The notes below the pieces were generated by a model that was given only the letters and a program-made list of their open reading frames with translations, had not been told where the DNA came from and searched no databases. From positions 1-47,232 of the forward strand of contig DASRGZ010000082.1 of the NCBI GenBank assembly GCA_035650735.1: a stretch of DNA of 47,232 nt, in the 5' to 3' direction. Positions 46,401-47,232 of the stretch are shown here, one piece after another. Position 1 is the stretch's first letter. Every line of letters begins with the position of its first letter. The translations under genes and the position numbers were made by a program. The stretch comes from Chthonomonadaceae bacterium (GTDB lineage: Bacteria > Armatimonadota > Chthonomonadetes > Chthonomonadales > Chthonomonadaceae).

Positions 46401-46448
46401 CCGCAGAACGCGGAGGCGGCTGCCGGCCTCAAGCGCCTCGGCGGCTGA
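43401..46448 (+). CDS. Large exported tetratricopeptide-repeat protein
   Basis: Signal peptide ending LYA, Pro/Ala linker, then many 34-aa TPR units (e.g. AHLNLGFVLARQKKYRPALDELEKARTLQP). Confidence 0.92.
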   Translation: MSVRSARPAGWCLAALACINLSLPLYAQAPKPAPSSAAAAPGKAGKAPAAAPLPPAVKRAAAQFERAVALHRARKVTEAIAAYKEYLRLVAAAKLPPNAALPAYQNLAVLYQFRNDLKGAEESYRQVVKLDPHNANAYAQLATIYLQLRRFDEARQAADRALSLSPPKAAAAPAHFALGIAASVHNDLPAAAKELEAAVRLAPSNPQAHLNLGFVLARQKKYRPALDELEKARTLQPKLTPALFYIAAVKQEMGDLRGALAAYEAALQQTPHDPLALFNRALLLQKLGKTQEAITAYLATLEAAPQSYGAHLNVGALYYDIGNYEAARRHYAAALKLKPGDTQALLGLAYAETQAAAGQVETAARDAGFKEAETHFKQALAGAPKNQAAQNGLGYLYERMGRFDDALALYRQMQAAAPDDIASYYRLTRVYTMQRKVDEVVTTWQRYRARKPDDPTSYEEAAHILEAQSRLEPAIAEWRQLLDRKPNPGVTANAMVSIGNDLALLKRPEEARTQYKAVLALDASGKGLDPKIKESVLATLETARMEALRGLAKVAESEGKADEAIAWLNQLKALERTLAAKTGQPPNAQTYLAIARAYEQAKKPDMAIAEYRALAEVASHDPTPYMQLGRLYDAQNRLEEAVAAYREAARRTQDPVEYRLEIADLYRRKGKLDLALAEYAALQTEHPTDRRLYDPMARAYEQAGQYEKALAAYDALLKVDPTATWVEDRKAVALIHLKRYAAARSLYEQMLDRNPNSYQTYADLAHVYKLEGKPEAYLPWLQARFEKAPGQRTLMAALIDEYARLKREEEGWAYLHGIAEKHKTDRPFLEAYAGLLTQRNHGAQALDIYRQIADQNPADLAAQTALIDQLDLAGNKAEATRLTEKLAARADLPAAERAVVRRRLAQRYAQEGKTAEAISLYQEIVRTEPNDFLAAAALARLLTTAGREAEAIPLYMNLANQAAYPPEVRAQIRVRLGSLYEKRGNKADAIGQYREALKISPQNAEAAAGLKRLGG

Positions 46449-46535
46449 GCGCCTCGCCGGGACGTTGCGTTGCTCCTTATGGATCGTTGCGCGCGGTCCC
46501 GGCAAAGGCAGTGCCAAAGGAACGCTTCCCACAAT

Positions 46536-46709
46536 TAGAGCGTGTTATGCACTTTTCACCAGCCTCTAGCGACAACAGCTACCCATAAGGCGAGCAACAA
46601 GTCGGTTCAGCCTGCTTTAGAGGATAGCTCGCTGCTCTATGTAGCACTTTCTGCGCCGCACAGAGCCAAACAGAGCGTCAAACGGTTCCCAAGTGCATAA
46701 CACGCTCTA
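46536..46709. mobile_element. MITE with perfect 19-bp terminal inverted repeats including flanking TA
   Basis: TAGAGCGTGTTATGCACTT (46536-46554) and AAGTGCATAACACGCTCTA (46691-46709); AT-richer non-coding interior. Confidence 0.8.
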
Positions 46710-46763
46710 CGGGAAACGCGCTGGTCATGGAGAGGGAAGCGCATCCGAGGAAGGCAATTTAAA

Positions 46764-46991
46764 ATGAAAGCTTCACACGGCATGTTTAGGGAATTACTCC
46801 TGCGGCTAGCGGGCCGCAAGCCGGTCTGGTATATCGAGCCGGAAGACGAGCATCCCAGCCAGACGCTTTTGCGCGCTGCCAGCGCGCTGACGGCGCCTGC
46901 CTATCTGCTGCTGCGCCCCGCGACGGTGCCCTGTGTGCCCGCCGATGCGCGGCGCCAGTCGGCTCAGGACGCTTCCAAGCCGGCCCTCTAG
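46764..46991 (+). CDS. Small hypothetical protein (75 aa)
   Basis: GAGGAAGG SD upstream; fills the gap between the MITE and the terminal repeat; no family recognised. Confidence 0.45.
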   Translation: MKASHGMFRELLLRLAGRKPVWYIEPEDEHPSQTLLRAASALTAPAYLLLRPATVPCVPADARRQSAQDASKPAL

Positions 46992-46999
46992 AGCCAGAT

Positions 47000-47232
47000 A
47001 CCTAACCCCCCGGCCCTGGTGAGGGGGTAGGGGGTAGGGGATAGGGGATAGGGGGTAGGGTGTAGGGGGTAGGGTCGCCCTCACCCCCCGCCCCTCTCCC
47101 ACGCTGCGGGAGAGGGGGAAGCGGATGATCCGGCTTCTGCTCTCCCTTCTGCCTTGCAGGGAGAAGGGCCGGGGAGGAGGGGAGAGAAGGCAGAACCGAA
47201 GAACCTGGGAGTAAGGCTGCTCCCCTCTCCTT
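47000..47232. repeat. Modular palindromic repeat with seven (G/T)(G/A)TAGGG heptamers at 47026-47074
   Basis: 47069-47203 is the exact reverse complement of 1-135; 47132-47232 resembles 35451-35550. Confidence 0.85.

Overview
High-GC bacterial chromosomal segment; gene content suggests Armatimonadota, but this is an inference. It is probably a whole contig, since both ends fall in the same dispersed palindromic repeat (135 bp perfectly inverted). Most of it is housekeeping and metabolism: tRNA-Gln, mutS, der, radA, a PduO-type adenosyltransferase, ferredoxin, a LOG-family protein, Gfo/Idh/MocA and TIM-barrel sugar enzymes, two soluble sensor kinases, an ECF/anti-sigma operon and a large TPR protein. 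The stand-out is a c-di-GMP module at 188-5161. A PilZ-domain gene is divergent from two paralogous secreted S8 subtilases that end in Trp-Gly hexapeptide repeat tails. Three c-di-GMP-I (GEMM) riboswitches precede them: a tandem pair before protease 1 and one before protease 2. In the two gene-proximal riboswitches the 5' P1 strand can alternatively pair over the translation-initiation region, which predicts ON switches. Other observations are a candidate ECF-promoter-driven structured sRNA upstream of the LOG gene, a vapC toxin collapsed by an internal deletion, two related MITEs, a TIR-bounded ~600 bp element, telomere-like heptamer arrays within a modular palindromic repeat family, and an acyl-ACP-reductase-like gene pair.
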